This document shows, piece by piece, positions 37,434-47,116 of a DNA stretch of 64,000 nt. This DNA is from an uncultured Thiopseudomonas sp. (GTDB lineage Bacteria; Pseudomonadota; Gammaproteobacteria; Pseudomonadales; Pseudomonadaceae). The translations under genes were made by a program, and so were the position numbers. Numbering within the stretch: position 1 is the first letter of the stretch; the number at the start of each line of letters is the position of its first letter. The stretch spans positions 4,211-68,210 of the forward strand of contig CAYMXO010000006.1 of NCBI GenBank assembly GCA_964394445.1, read 5' to 3'. The notes beneath the pieces are model-generated. The model saw nothing but the letters and a program-made list of their open reading frames with translations. It was not told the DNA's origin and searched no databases.

Positions 37434-38039
37434 TTACGGTAATGGCAGCTGCCGCCACTGACCGGGTTCAAGATCACCCAGCCGCCACTCACCGATCTGC
37501 ACCCGCACCAGTCGCAGGGTTGGCAGGCCCACGGCCGCAGTCATCCGTCGCACCTGACGGTTGCGCCCCTCGCAGATACTCAGCTCCAGCCAGCTGGTGG
37601 GAATGCTTTTGCGAAAACGTACCGGTGGATGACGCGGCCACAGCTGCGGCTCATCCATGCGCCGGGCTTTCGCTGGCAAAGTCATGCCATCTTTCAGTTC
37701 TATACCGGCGCGCAACTGTTCCAGCTGCTGCTCCTGCACCTCGCCTTCTACCTGCGCCCAGTAGGTTTTCCACATGCGGTAACGCGGCTCGCTGATACGC
37801 GCCTGCAACCGGCCATCATTGGTCAGCAGGACCAGTCCCTCGCTGTCACGGTCCAGCCGCCCGGCCGGATAAACACCAGGAAAATCCAGCCAGTCCTTGA
37901 GCGTGGCCCGGCCCTGTCCGTCACTAAACTGGGTCAGCACATCGTAGGGTTTGTTGATGGCCAGCAGCACCGGCGCAACCGGCTGCCTGCTTATGGCAGG
38001 CTTGCGTCGTGGCGGCTTGTGCCGCTTCCACTCAGTCAT
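37434..38039 (-). CDS. rluE: 23S rRNA pseudouridine synthase RluE
   Basis: [12 protein letters not shown]..., catalytic [17 protein letters not shown], and [16 protein letters not shown]-type C-terminus, collinear with E. coli RluE. Start at MTEWKRH (ATG 38039), overlapping the mioC stop. Confidence 0.9.
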   Translation of the reverse strand: MTEWKRHKPPRRKPAISRQPVAPVLLAINKPYDVLTQFSDGQGRATLKDWLDFPGVYPAGRLDRDSEGLVLLTNDGRLQARISEPRYRMWKTYWAQVEGEVQEQQLEQLRAGIELKDGMTLPAKARRMDEPQLWPRHPPVRFRKSIPTSWLELSICEGRNRQVRRMTAAVGLPTLRLVRVQIGEWRLGDLEPGQWRQLPLP

Positions 38040-38493
38040 GCCAGGCCTTGAGCAAACCGGCAAATTCCTGCAACCAGGGCTCGGCATCCTGTACCGGCGT
38101 AACACTTGCACTGGCATCATGGCGCAGGGTTTCCTGCAGCAGGACCAGCCCCAGCAGCCCGGCCAGATCTTCCAGTTCGTCGGCAGCCAGGCAGAAGTTG
38201 TCACCGTACCCGGCGTCACCCAGCCCGATGATGCCGGCAGGCCGGCCACTCCAGTCCGGCTGCTGTTCCTCCAGCGCGTCCACCAGGGGTTGCAGCTTTT
38301 CCGGCAACTCGCCCATGCCGGTGGTTGAAGTCACCAGCAACAATCCGGCCGGATCCTGCTCCACCAGCTCCGCGACCGTCCACTGCCGCTGATAGACAGC
38401 CTCCAGACCGGCTTCGGTCAGCAGCTCGGCCGCACGCCAGGCGACCTCTTCTGCCGCACCAAAAACCGTACCGGAAATAATTGTAATGCGCAT
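38032..38493 (-). CDS. mioC: Flavodoxin-like FMN protein MioC
   Basis: [18 protein letters not shown]...[11 protein letters not shown]...[12 protein letters not shown], MioC-like. 153 aa from ATG 38493. Confidence 0.75.
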   Translation of the reverse strand: MRITIISGTVFGAAEEVAWRAAELLTEAGLEAVYQRQWTVAELVEQDPAGLLLVTSTTGMGELPEKLQPLVDALEEQQPDWSGRPAGIIGLGDAGYGDNFCLAADELEDLAGLLGLVLLQETLRHDASASVTPVQDAEPWLQEFAGLLKAWHD

Positions 38494-38661
38494 GATTTCT
38501 CCCGAAACGCCCGGCCAGCAGCTGCAAACCGCAACAGCGCCCGGCAATGGATGCCAGTACCACAGCAAACAACCACAAAGAAAAATGTTAGTCTGGGTCA
38601 ATTCCGCCGGCAGCCTAACAAGCCCAATCACCTGCCGCAAGCCAGACAATCGAGGTCCCCC

Positions 38662-39372
38662 GTGCCCAGCCAATACCCTGTACTCGTCACCGGTGCCGCC
38701 CGGCGCATCGGCCTGCACTGCGCCCGGCAGCTATTGAACAACGGCCATCCTGTGATCATCAGCTATCGCCAACACCATTCCGGCGTCGACGAGCTGACAG
38801 CCGCCGGCGCGCTCTGCCTGCAGGCCGACTTTTCCAGCGAGGCAGGCATCCAGGCCTTCATTGAACAGCTGCAGCAGCATGCACAGGGCTTGCGCGCCAT
38901 CATCCACAATGCGTCCTGCTGGAAGCCGGATCCGCAACCCGCCGATGGCAGTGCTTTTAGCGAACTGTTCCACGTGCACATGCTGGCACCCTACCTGATC
39001 AACCTGGCCTGTGAGCCGCTGCTCAGGAAAAGCCCGCAGGCCGACATCATCCATATCAGTGACGATGTGACCCGCCGCGGCAGCAACCACCGGGTTGCCT
39101 ACAGCGCCAGCAAGGCGGCACTGGACAACATGACCCTGTCCTTTGCCAGCCAGTTTGCCCCGCACATCAAAGTCAACAGCATCAGCCCCGCCCTGATCAT
39201 GCTGCAGCCTGGCGATGATGAAAACTATGCGCGGCAGGCCATGGACAAATCCGTATTAAAAATCATTCCCGGCCCCGAAGTGGTGACACAAGCGGTAGAA
39301 TACCTGCTGAACAACCCCTATGTGACCGGAACCACCCTGAGCCTGAATGGCGGTCGCCACCTGAAGAATTAG
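38662..39372 (+). CDS. folM: Dihydromonapterin reductase FolM (SDR family)
   Basis: PVLVTGAARRIGL...IIHNASCW...YSASKAALDNMT...VNSISPALI...LNGGRHL is collinear with E. coli FolM. GTG 38662 with GAGG 6 nt upstream. Confidence 0.85.
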   Translation: MPSQYPVLVTGAARRIGLHCARQLLNNGHPVIISYRQHHSGVDELTAAGALCLQADFSSEAGIQAFIEQLQQHAQGLRAIIHNASCWKPDPQPADGSAFSELFHVHMLAPYLINLACEPLLRKSPQADIIHISDDVTRRGSNHRVAYSASKAALDNMTLSFASQFAPHIKVNSISPALIMLQPGDDENYARQAMDKSVLKIIPGPEVVTQAVEYLLNNPYVTGTTLSLNGGRHLKN

Positions 39373-39387
39373 AAGGAAAACCATCCA

Positions 39388-39945
39388 ATGAGTGAAGATC
39401 TGGCCAAACATTACCACGCCATCCTTGCAGGACTGGGCGAGGATCCACAGCGCGAAGGCCTGCTGGACACCCCGCTGCGCGCCGCCAAGGCCATGCAGTA
39501 TCTGTGTAACGGTTACGAAAAAAATCTTGATGAAGTGGTCAATAACGCGCTGTTTGAATCAAGCAGCGAAGAAATGGTCATCGTGCGCGACATCGAACTG
39601 TATTCGCTGTGCGAGCACCACCTGCTACCCTTTATCGGCAAGGCCCACGTCGCCTACATCCCGACCGGCAAGGTGATTGGTCTGTCCAAGGTGGCGCGCA
39701 TTGTCGACATGTACGCCCGCCGCCTGCAGATCCAGGAAAACCTGACCCGCCAGATTGCCGACGCCGTCATGAGCGTAACCGGTGCCTCTGGTGTTGGCGT
39801 GGTCATTGAAGCCAAGCATATGTGCATGATGATGCGCGGTGTGGAGAAACAGAACTCGGTGATGACCTCTTCGTCCATGCTGGGCAGCTTCCGCAGCTCG
39901 GTCAACACCCGCCAGGAGTTCCTGCAACTGATCCGGGGACACTGA
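39388..39945 (+). CDS. folE: GTP cyclohydrolase I (FolE type 1)
   Basis: [12 protein letters not shown]..., Zn-site residues in [10 protein letters not shown], and [12 protein letters not shown]. Confidence 0.96.
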   Translation: MSEDLAKHYHAILAGLGEDPQREGLLDTPLRAAKAMQYLCNGYEKNLDEVVNNALFESSSEEMVIVRDIELYSLCEHHLLPFIGKAHVAYIPTGKVIGLSKVARIVDMYARRLQIQENLTRQIADAVMSVTGASGVGVVIEAKHMCMMMRGVEKQNSVMTSSSMLGSFRSSVNTRQEFLQLIRGH

Positions 39946-39946
39946 C

Positions 39947-40327
39947 ATGCAGCAGATGCTACAGCCCGGCCTGGCGCGCATCCGCATCAAGGATCTGCGT
40001 CTGCGTACCTATATCGGTATCAACGAGGACGAAATCCGCAACAAGCAGGATATTGTGATCAATATGCAGATCCTTTATCCGGCCTGCAAGGCGGTGGACA
40101 GCAACCAGATCGAAGACGCCCTGAACTATCGCAGCATTACCAAGGCCATTATCGAACTGGTGGAAAACAACCGCTTTGCACTGCTCGAGCGCCTGACGCA
40201 GCAGGTGCTGGATTGCGTCATGGGCTTTGCACAGGTGCAGTATGCCGAAGTGGAAGTCGACAAACCTCACGCCCTGCGCTTTTCCGAATCGGTTTCCATC
40301 ACCCTGGCCGGACAACGCAATGCCTGA
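39947..40327 (+). CDS. folX: Dihydroneopterin triphosphate 2'-epimerase FolX
   Basis: [29 protein letters not shown]...[32 protein letters not shown]...[11 protein letters not shown] is collinear with E. coli FolX. Confidence 0.92.
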   Translation: MQQMLQPGLARIRIKDLRLRTYIGINEDEIRNKQDIVINMQILYPACKAVDSNQIEDALNYRSITKAIIELVENNRFALLERLTQQVLDCVMGFAQVQYAEVEVDKPHALRFSESVSITLAGQRNA

Positions 40328-40685
40328 AACCCTGCACGAACTTTTACAGCGCAGCAAGGCAGACAACTGGCTGTTTGCCGATACCCTGGCGTTCATCGAA
40401 CGGCATTACCGTTACCAGCCGCAAGCCTTCACCAACGGCCCGCTACATAATGCAGCCGGAGAAAACCAGGGTTCCTGCAAGATTCTTGGCCTGGCCCTGC
40501 TGGAAGGTCTAAGCGTCATGCAGGCACTGCTGCTGTTTGGCGAGCACTACCGGCAGGTTCTGGCCAGCCCGGGCGAAGCCGGCCATGCCAACATCCGCCA
40601 GCTAATCCGCGGCGGTCTAGCGGCGGTCAGTTTTCAAGAACGTCCATTACAGCGGCGCAGCCACCAGCCTCTTGACACTCACTAA
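40320..40685 (+). CDS. HopJ-family protein (annotated elsewhere as a type III effector family; function unknown)
   Basis: 121 aa: [65 protein letters not shown]... matches my memory of the HopJ domain. The ATG overlaps the folX stop (ATGCCTGA). Confidence 0.6.
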   Translation: MPETLHELLQRSKADNWLFADTLAFIERHYRYQPQAFTNGPLHNAAGENQGSCKILGLALLEGLSVMQALLLFGEHYRQVLASPGEAGHANIRQLIRGGLAAVSFQERPLQRRSHQPLDTH

Positions 40686-40787
40686 GTTGCAGCGACTTAA
40701 GACAATACTTGGGTCTTGTTTCTGTCCGGCCCAACAAGACACACAGAAGCTCAACGATCCCGCTGGCGGGAACTGGCAGAGCAAGCA

Positions 40788-41651
40788 TCAGCGCCCCTGC
40801 TCCAGCCCCCATTGATACAGCAGGTTCTTGCGGGCACCGGTGATCTGTGCTGTCAGCGCTGCCGCCTTCTTTAGAGGCAACTCGGCAGCCAGCAGTGTCA
40901 GCACCCGCTGTGATTCGACATCCAGACTGTCCCTCCCCGCTTTTTCATCGACTCCGGCAACCAGCAGTACGCATTCTCCGCGCTGCTGGTTGCTATCGGC
41001 TGCGATCCAGCCGGCCAGCTCGCCCAGCGGAGCATCCTTGATGGTCTCAAAGGTTTTCGTCAGCTCGCGCGCCAGCACCGCCTGACGCCGCGACCCAAAG
41101 GCTTCGGCCATGGCCAGCACCGAATCCAGCAGCCGGTGTGGCGCTTCATAGAAAATCAGCGTGCGCGACTCATCAGCCAGCGCTTGCAGCCGGGCAGCAC
41201 GGGCACCGCTTTTGGCTGGCAGGAAACCTTCGAAGGCAAAACGGTCGGATGGCAGACCGGCGGCTGACAGGGCAGCAATGGCGGCACAGGCGCCCGGCAC
41301 AGGTATCACCTGAACTCCGGCGGCACGGGCCTGTCTCACCAGATGGAACCCGGGGTCCGACACCAACGGCGTTCCGGCATCACTGATCAGGGCCAGGCTG
41401 TCTCCGGCCAGCAGGCGCTGCACCAGCGCATCACTACCGCTGCGCTCGTTATGGTCATAGCAGGCAACCATCGGTGTATGGATGCTGAAATGCTCAAGCA
41501 GCCGTGCCGAATGGCGAGTGTCCTCGGCGGCTATCAGGCTGACCTGCTGCAGCACCTGTAACGCCCGCGCGCTGATATCCTGCAGGTTGCCGATCGGTGT
41601 TGCCACAACATACAAACTGCCTGTAACCGGTTTAGTCACGACGGACTCCAA
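40788..41651 (-). CDS. rsmI: 16S rRNA (cytidine1402-2'-O)-methyltransferase RsmI
   Basis: LYVVATPIGNLQDISARAL..., IAAEDTRHS, tetrapyrrole-methylase fold. 287 aa. Confidence 0.94.
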   Translation of the reverse strand: MESVVTKPVTGSLYVVATPIGNLQDISARALQVLQQVSLIAAEDTRHSARLLEHFSIHTPMVACYDHNERSGSDALVQRLLAGDSLALISDAGTPLVSDPGFHLVRQARAAGVQVIPVPGACAAIAALSAAGLPSDRFAFEGFLPAKSGARAARLQALADESRTLIFYEAPHRLLDSVLAMAEAFGSRRQAVLARELTKTFETIKDAPLGELAGWIAADSNQQRGECVLLVAGVDEKAGRDSLDVESQRVLTLLAAELPLKKAAALTAQITGARKNLLYQWGLEQGR

Positions 41652-41759
41652 AAGCCAAAAGACGCATTATATCGTAAAGCTGCTGCCACAACGTCGCACC
41701 CGAAGTACAGCTTGGGTACAATGCTCCAGTTATTGAGACTGATCAGGAACCAACTGTCC

Positions 41760-43559
41760 ATGTTACAACCCCTGCGCTTACCCCTGGCCCTTGGCCTCGC
41801 CCTGGTACTGACCGCCTGCGCCAGCACCAGCAGCAATACCATTGGCTCGCTGCCGGACACCCGTGCCGGAGACCTTGACAAGACCCTGGCCGCGGCCGGC
41901 AAGAAAAGGGGAGCAGAAGCCACCAACCTGTACCTGGCCGCTGCAGACCTGGCCTGGCAGGAGGGTGACAGTTTCAAGGCCCGCTCCCTGATCGAATCCC
42001 TTGATCTGGAAAACGCGCTACCGGCACAAATCATTTTTGCCAACACCCTGTCGGCGGAACTTGCCCTGGATCGCAAACAGCCTGAAATGGCACTACAGTT
42101 ACTGCAGGACCCGGCCTTTGGGCGCATTGCCGAACTACCGCTGACCCAGCAGGTGCGCAGCCAGGAAGTGCGGGCCCAGGCTCTGGCAGCCACCGGACAA
42201 CTGCTGCCGGCAGCTCGTGAACGAATTTTCATGGGCGGGCTGTTGCATGGTCAGGCTGCCATCGACAACCAGGAAAGCATCTGGTCACTGATCAGCCGGC
42301 TGCAGACACCAGTAGACATCCGTTCCGGCGAACAGGAGCTACGCGGCTGGCTGGCCCTGTCCGGCCTTGTGCGCAGCACAGGCTCGCTGGAACAGAAACA
42401 GCAAAACCTCCGAGACTGGGTGGCCAGCAACAGCCAGCACCCGGCAGCCCGGCAGCTTCCGGCCGAACTCGACACACTGCTGACCCTCAAGCCCAGGCCG
42501 CTGCAACGGGTGGCTCTGCTGTTACCCAGCCACGACCGCAACCAGAAGGTTGTCAACGCTCTGCGCAACGGCTTTCTGGCGCGCTATTACGCAGCGCGCG
42601 AGGCTGGTCAGCAGGTTCCCGAGCTACACTTCCACGACAGCAGCCAGCTTGGCAACCTCGGCGAGCTCTACCGCCAGCTGCAGCAGGATCAGGTCGACCT
42701 GCTGATCGGTCCATGGGAAAAAGATCTGGTACGTCAGCTGGCCGAACAATCCAGCCTGCCTGTTACCACCCTGGCGCTGAACTATGCTGACAATGCCGAA
42801 TCGGCAACCGAAGGCCTGTTCCAGTTCGGCCTGTCTGCCGAGGACGAAGCGCGCATGGCTGCCAACCGCGCCTGGAATGACGGCATGCGCAATGCTGTCA
42901 TTCTGGTTCAGTCGGGAGACTGGGGACGCCGGGTCCAGGCTGCTTTCAGCGAACAGTGGGAACGACTCGGCGGCACGGTCAAAGACAGTATTTACCTGGG
43001 TCAGCCGGTTGAGCTGGCACAACAGCTGGCCAGCCTGATGCGGCTGCGCGACAGTGAAGCCCGTAGCAAAAAGCTCGCTGACACCCTGGACATGCGCATC
43101 CACAGCCAGCCGGGCCGTCGTCGCGACATAGACTTTGCGTTCCTCGCGGCCCCGTCCCAGCAGGCCAGACAGGTACGCCCGACGCTGATTTTCCAGTACG
43201 CCGGAGACTTGCCCGTATATGCAACTTCAGCAGTCAATCCGGGCCGCCAGGACCAGGCTTTGCTGCACGACCTGGAAGGCATCACCTTTACCGAGGTGCC
43301 CTGGCTGCTTGAGGATCGCGACCCGCTGCAGCAGGAAGTCACCAATCGCTGGCCTGAAGCGGCCGGCCTGATGGGGCGCTTTTATGCGATGGGAGCCGAT
43401 GCCTACCAGCTGGCAGTTCAGCTGCAGTTGCTGCAAGCACTGCCCAATACCAGTACGGACGGATTGACCGGCCAGATGCAACTTGGCACCCAAAACAAGG
43501 TCGAACGCCACACTGGCTGGGCGCAATATTCCGATGGCAAACTGGAGCTGCTGCCCTGA
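41760..43559 (+). CDS. lpoA: Penicillin-binding protein activator LpoA (lipoprotein)
   Basis: Signal plus lipobox MLQPLRLPLALGLALVLTAC. TPR-like N-domain and periplasmic-binding-protein-like C-domain. Divergent from rsmI. The start could be up to 16 codons further upstream. Confidence 0.88.
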   Translation: MLQPLRLPLALGLALVLTACASTSSNTIGSLPDTRAGDLDKTLAAAGKKRGAEATNLYLAAADLAWQEGDSFKARSLIESLDLENALPAQIIFANTLSAELALDRKQPEMALQLLQDPAFGRIAELPLTQQVRSQEVRAQALAATGQLLPAARERIFMGGLLHGQAAIDNQESIWSLISRLQTPVDIRSGEQELRGWLALSGLVRSTGSLEQKQQNLRDWVASNSQHPAARQLPAELDTLLTLKPRPLQRVALLLPSHDRNQKVVNALRNGFLARYYAAREAGQQVPELHFHDSSQLGNLGELYRQLQQDQVDLLIGPWEKDLVRQLAEQSSLPVTTLALNYADNAESATEGLFQFGLSAEDEARMAANRAWNDGMRNAVILVQSGDWGRRVQAAFSEQWERLGGTVKDSIYLGQPVELAQQLASLMRLRDSEARSKKLADTLDMRIHSQPGRRRDIDFAFLAAPSQQARQVRPTLIFQYAGDLPVYATSAVNPGRQDQALLHDLEGITFTEVPWLLEDRDPLQQEVTNRWPEAAGLMGRFYAMGADAYQLAVQLQLLQALPNTSTDGLTGQMQLGTQNKVERHTGWAQYSDGKLELLP

Positions 43560-43915
43560 GCAGCAAACAACGCGGACAACTGGCCGAGGCACATGCGCTT
43601 GAGTACCTCGGCCGGCAAGGTCTGCAACTGGTAGAACGCAACTGGCATTGCCGGTATGGCGAGCTTGACCTGATCATGCTTGACCAGAACACACTGGTGT
43701 TCATTGAAGTACGCTATCGCAGCTCGGCCGCATTTGGCGGTGCCCTGGAAAGCATCACGGCAGCCAAACAGGAAAAAATCATGTTGGCTGCCCAATATTT
43801 TTTGCAGGAAAATCGGCAATGGCAAAAAAACGACTGCCGCTTTGACGTCATGGCCTACAATGGCAACCACACTCTTCGGGACTTCCACTGGCTCAAGCAC
43901 GCTTTTATGCTTTAG
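43556..43915 (+). CDS. yraN: YraN family (UPF0102) predicted endonuclease
   Basis: ...AEAHALEYLGRQGLQLVERNWHCRYGELDLIMLD...VFIEVRYR...CRFDV is the YraN signature. No ATG/GTG/TTG lies in frame between the upstream stop (43355) and ATG 43676. I propose CTG 43556, with GGAG 8 nt upstream. Confidence 0.75.
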   Translation: MSSKQRGQLAEAHALEYLGRQGLQLVERNWHCRYGELDLIMLDQNTLVFIEVRYRSSAAFGGALESITAAKQEKIMLAAQYFLQENRQWQKNDCRFDVMAYNGNHTLRDFHWLKHAFML

Positions 43916-43943
43916 ACACAGGTTCCTTTCTAGTTATAGGTAG

Positions 43944-44533
<590 letters not shown>

Positions 44534-44534
<1 letters not shown>

Positions 44535-45058
44535 TGCGCAAAATCCTGTTTCTGTTTCTTGCCTCTGTAGTGCTGACCGCCTGTGGTGCGCGCAGCCCCG
44601 GCAACAAAATTGATGACCAGGTCATTCATCCCAACGTAAACCGCGCCATCAAGGATGCCCACCCGGACCTGAACCGTCCCACCTCGCATACAGTGGTCAC
44701 CAGTTACAACGGCGTCATCCTGATTGCCGGCGAAACCCCGCGCGAAGACCTGAAGCAGATGGCAACCCAGGCAGCACAGGCAGTTGATGGCGTCAAGGTG
44801 GTCCATAACGAGCTCAGGGTTGCCTACCCCACCCCGGCCAACATCCGTGCCAATGACACCCTGCTGACCACCAAGGTCAAGGCGCGGCTCGCCGCTGAAA
44901 CCGACGTACCTTCAACCAAGGTGAAGGTGGTCACCGTCAATGGCGTGGTCTACCTGCTGGGGATCGTCAGCCGTACCGAAGCTGACAACATCACCTACTC
45001 CGTACGCCAGGTCGGTGGCGTACAAAAGATCGTGCGCCTGTTTGAATACATCAACTAA
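44534..45058 (+). CDS. dolP: Dual-BON-domain lipoprotein DolP (YraP)
   Basis: Lipobox LTAC|G and two BON repeats (...VTSYNGVILIAGETP... and ...VVTVNGVVYLLGIVS...), in the yraN-diaA-yraP order. Confidence 0.85.
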
Positions 45059-45081
45059 GCACCAGGCATTACCCATGACAT

Positions 45082-45115
45082 AAAAAAAGCCTCTTGCAAT
45101 GCAAGAGGCTTTTTT
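45082..45115. terminator. Bidirectional rho-independent terminator between dolP and sspB
   Basis: Perfect 10-bp stem AGCCTCTTGC-AAT-GCAAGAGGCT (45088-45110), flanked by A7 and T6. Confidence 0.85.
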
Positions 45116-45556
45116 CTATTTGACGATGCGTAAACTGGGCCGTCCCGGCTTTGGCGGTTGCGGCCGATCACCATCAGCGCTTCCGGTATCATCCGGCAAC
45201 CCGGGCCCGCTGCTTTCCTCTGCCTCACCCTCCACGAGTGGAAGCTCAGGCTCAAAGAACATGCCCTGCCCGTTTTCCTGCGCATATAATGCAAGCACCG
45301 CGGGAACCGGGATCACCAGCTGCTGTGGGACACCGGAAAACCGTGCTTCAAAGCTGACCACCTCGTTGTTCATGACGAAATGCCTGACCGCCGTTGGCGA
45401 CAGGTTCAGCACTATCTGACCATTCTCGGCAAAGCCATCAGGAACCACTACCCCGGGAGCTTCGGCGGCAACCAGGATGTAAGGAGTACACTGGTTATCG
45501 ACAATCCACTCATAGAGTGCGCGCATGATATAAGGTTTGCTTGGGGTCATCTGCAC
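45116..45556 (-). CDS. sspB: ClpXP adaptor / stringent starvation protein B
   Basis: KPYIMRALYEWIVDNQCTPYILV..., and a C-terminal acidic tail ending LRIVK (ClpX-binding type). Confidence 0.93.
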   Translation of the reverse strand: MQMTPSKPYIMRALYEWIVDNQCTPYILVAAEAPGVVVPDGFAENGQIVLNLSPTAVRHFVMNNEVVSFEARFSGVPQQLVIPVPAVLALYAQENGQGMFFEPELPLVEGEAEESSGPGLPDDTGSADGDRPQPPKPGRPSLRIVK

Positions 45557-45570
45557 AACTCTCTTGCCAC

Positions 45571-46191
45571 TCAGGTCCGCATCAGCCGTTCCGCTTCGCT
45601 CAGGCTGGCCTGAAACGCCGGACGGGCAAAGTTGCGGCTCATGTAATCCAGCAGCGGCTGTGCTGCACGCGGCAGATCAATACCCAGCTCGGGCAGGCGC
45701 CACAGTAGCGGCAACAGGCAGCAATCGACCAGGGTCAGTTCTTCACTCATGAAGTACGGCATGCTGGCAAACACCGGAGCAACACCAGTCAGGCTTTCAC
45801 GCAGCTCCTTGCGTGCCTTGGTACGCGCGGCTTCCTTGGTTTTCTTGTCCAGAATCAGGTCTGCCTGCCGGCACCAGTCTTTCTGCACCCTGTAGGCCAG
45901 CATTCTGGTATTGGCACGCGCCACCGGATAGGCCGGCAGCAGTGGCGGATGCGGGTAACGCTCATCCAGATATTCAAGGATGATCATCGAATCATAAAGG
46001 GCCAGATCGCGGTCCACCAATGTGGGAACCGTCCCATAAGGGTTGATCTCGGCCAGAAAGTCAGGATATTCATCTTCGGACGCATCGACAAGGTCTGCTG
46101 CGACATCCTTTTCAGCCAGCACCAGACGAACACGATGTGAATATTGACAGAGGGGATCGGAATAGCAACCCAGTCTGTTGGGTACAGCCAT
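45571..46191 (-). CDS. sspA: Stringent starvation protein A (GST-like)
   Basis: 206 aa, GST fold, immediately upstream of sspB. Confidence 0.93.
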   Translation of the reverse strand: MAVPNRLGCYSDPLCQYSHRVRLVLAEKDVAADLVDASEDEYPDFLAEINPYGTVPTLVDRDLALYDSMIILEYLDERYPHPPLLPAYPVARANTRMLAYRVQKDWCRQADLILDKKTKEAARTKARKELRESLTGVAPVFASMPYFMSEELTLVDCCLLPLLWRLPELGIDLPRAAQPLLDYMSRNFARPAFQASLSEAERLMRT

Positions 46192-46287
46192 GGCTTACCT
46201 CCTGTAAGTTGAAGCTCCCTTGCATACAACCCGATCGGTTATCTGGCAGCAGCCTCGACAGTGTCTGGCGGCCACCACACAGAGAGC

Positions 46288-46320
46288 AGAAAACGCACGC
46301 GCCGGAAAGCGCGTGCGTTG
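46288..46320 (-). terminator. Rho-independent terminator downstream of petC
   Basis: Hairpin AACGCACGCGC-CGGAAA-GCGCGTGCGTT (46292-46319). On the minus strand it is followed by TTTTCT. Confidence 0.7.
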
Positions 46321-46345
46321 ATTGGTGGTAGTACGGGCTACAACC

Positions 46346-47116
46346 TTATTTAACGTCTTTCCAGTACTCCCGCTTGAGCAGATAGGCAAAGACGAAGAAC
46401 ACGACCAGGAACAACAGTACATAAGTACCGATGCGCTGGCTCTTGAGCTTGACCGGGTTGGCCGAATACTCAAGGAAGGTCACCAGGTTCTTGACTGTCT
46501 CGTCAAACTCCTGCTCGCTCATGCTGCCAGTACCTTTTTGTACCACCAGCTCATCGCAGGCTTCTTCGGTAACCGGTGCACCGGTCAGCGGGTCAAAGAC
46601 CTTCTTGCCGTTCTCGACCAGAGGAACTTGCTTGCAGTCGATGACCTGGTTGCCTTGCAGGGACACCAGCACATTGGGCATGCCAACGTTATCAAACACC
46701 TTGTTGTTGGCACCCAGCGGACGGGATGGGTCTGCGTAAAAGGTACGCAGGTAAGTGTAGAGCCAGTCAGCACCACGTACACGGGCAACCAGGGTCAGGT
46801 CGGGCGGAACTACGCCAAACCACTTCTTGCCCTGCTCATCGGTCATCGGGGTGCGCATGTGGTCACCAATCTTGGCATCGGTAAAGACGATGTTTTCCAT
46901 CATCTCTTCTTCGCTGATGCCGAGGTCGGTCGCGACCCGCTCGTAACGCTGGAACTTCATGCCGTGGCAGCCAAGGCAGTAGTTGGCGAAGGTTTTCAGG
47001 CCATCCTGCATGGCGGCCTTGTCGGTGAGGTCAATATCCACCTTGTCCAGCGGATAGGCTGCATGGCCAAACAGCGGCAGTGCAGACACCAGAAGTGTAG
47101 CAATAATCTTTTTCAT
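46346..47116 (-). CDS. petC: Cytochrome c1 of the bc1 complex
   Basis: Signal peptide, heme motif CLGCHGM, C-terminal TM anchor. Confidence 0.92.
   Translation of the reverse strand: MKKIIATLLVSALPLFGHAAYPLDKVDIDLTDKAAMQDGLKTFANYCLGCHGMKFQRYERVATDLGISEEEMMENIVFTDAKIGDHMRTPMTDEQGKKWFGVVPPDLTLVARVRGADWLYTYLRTFYADPSRPLGANNKVFDNVGMPNVLVSLQGNQVIDCKQVPLVENGKKVFDPLTGAPVTEEACDELVVQKGTGSMSEQEFDETVKNLVTFLEYSANPVKLKSQRIGTYVLLFLVVFFVFAYLLKREYWKDVK

Noticed and set aside
43676-43915. 79-aa ATG-initiated version of yraN given in the ORF track
   Set aside because: It would remove the conserved N-terminal third, including the GELDLI motif. The true start must lie upstream (see the finding on CTG 43556).
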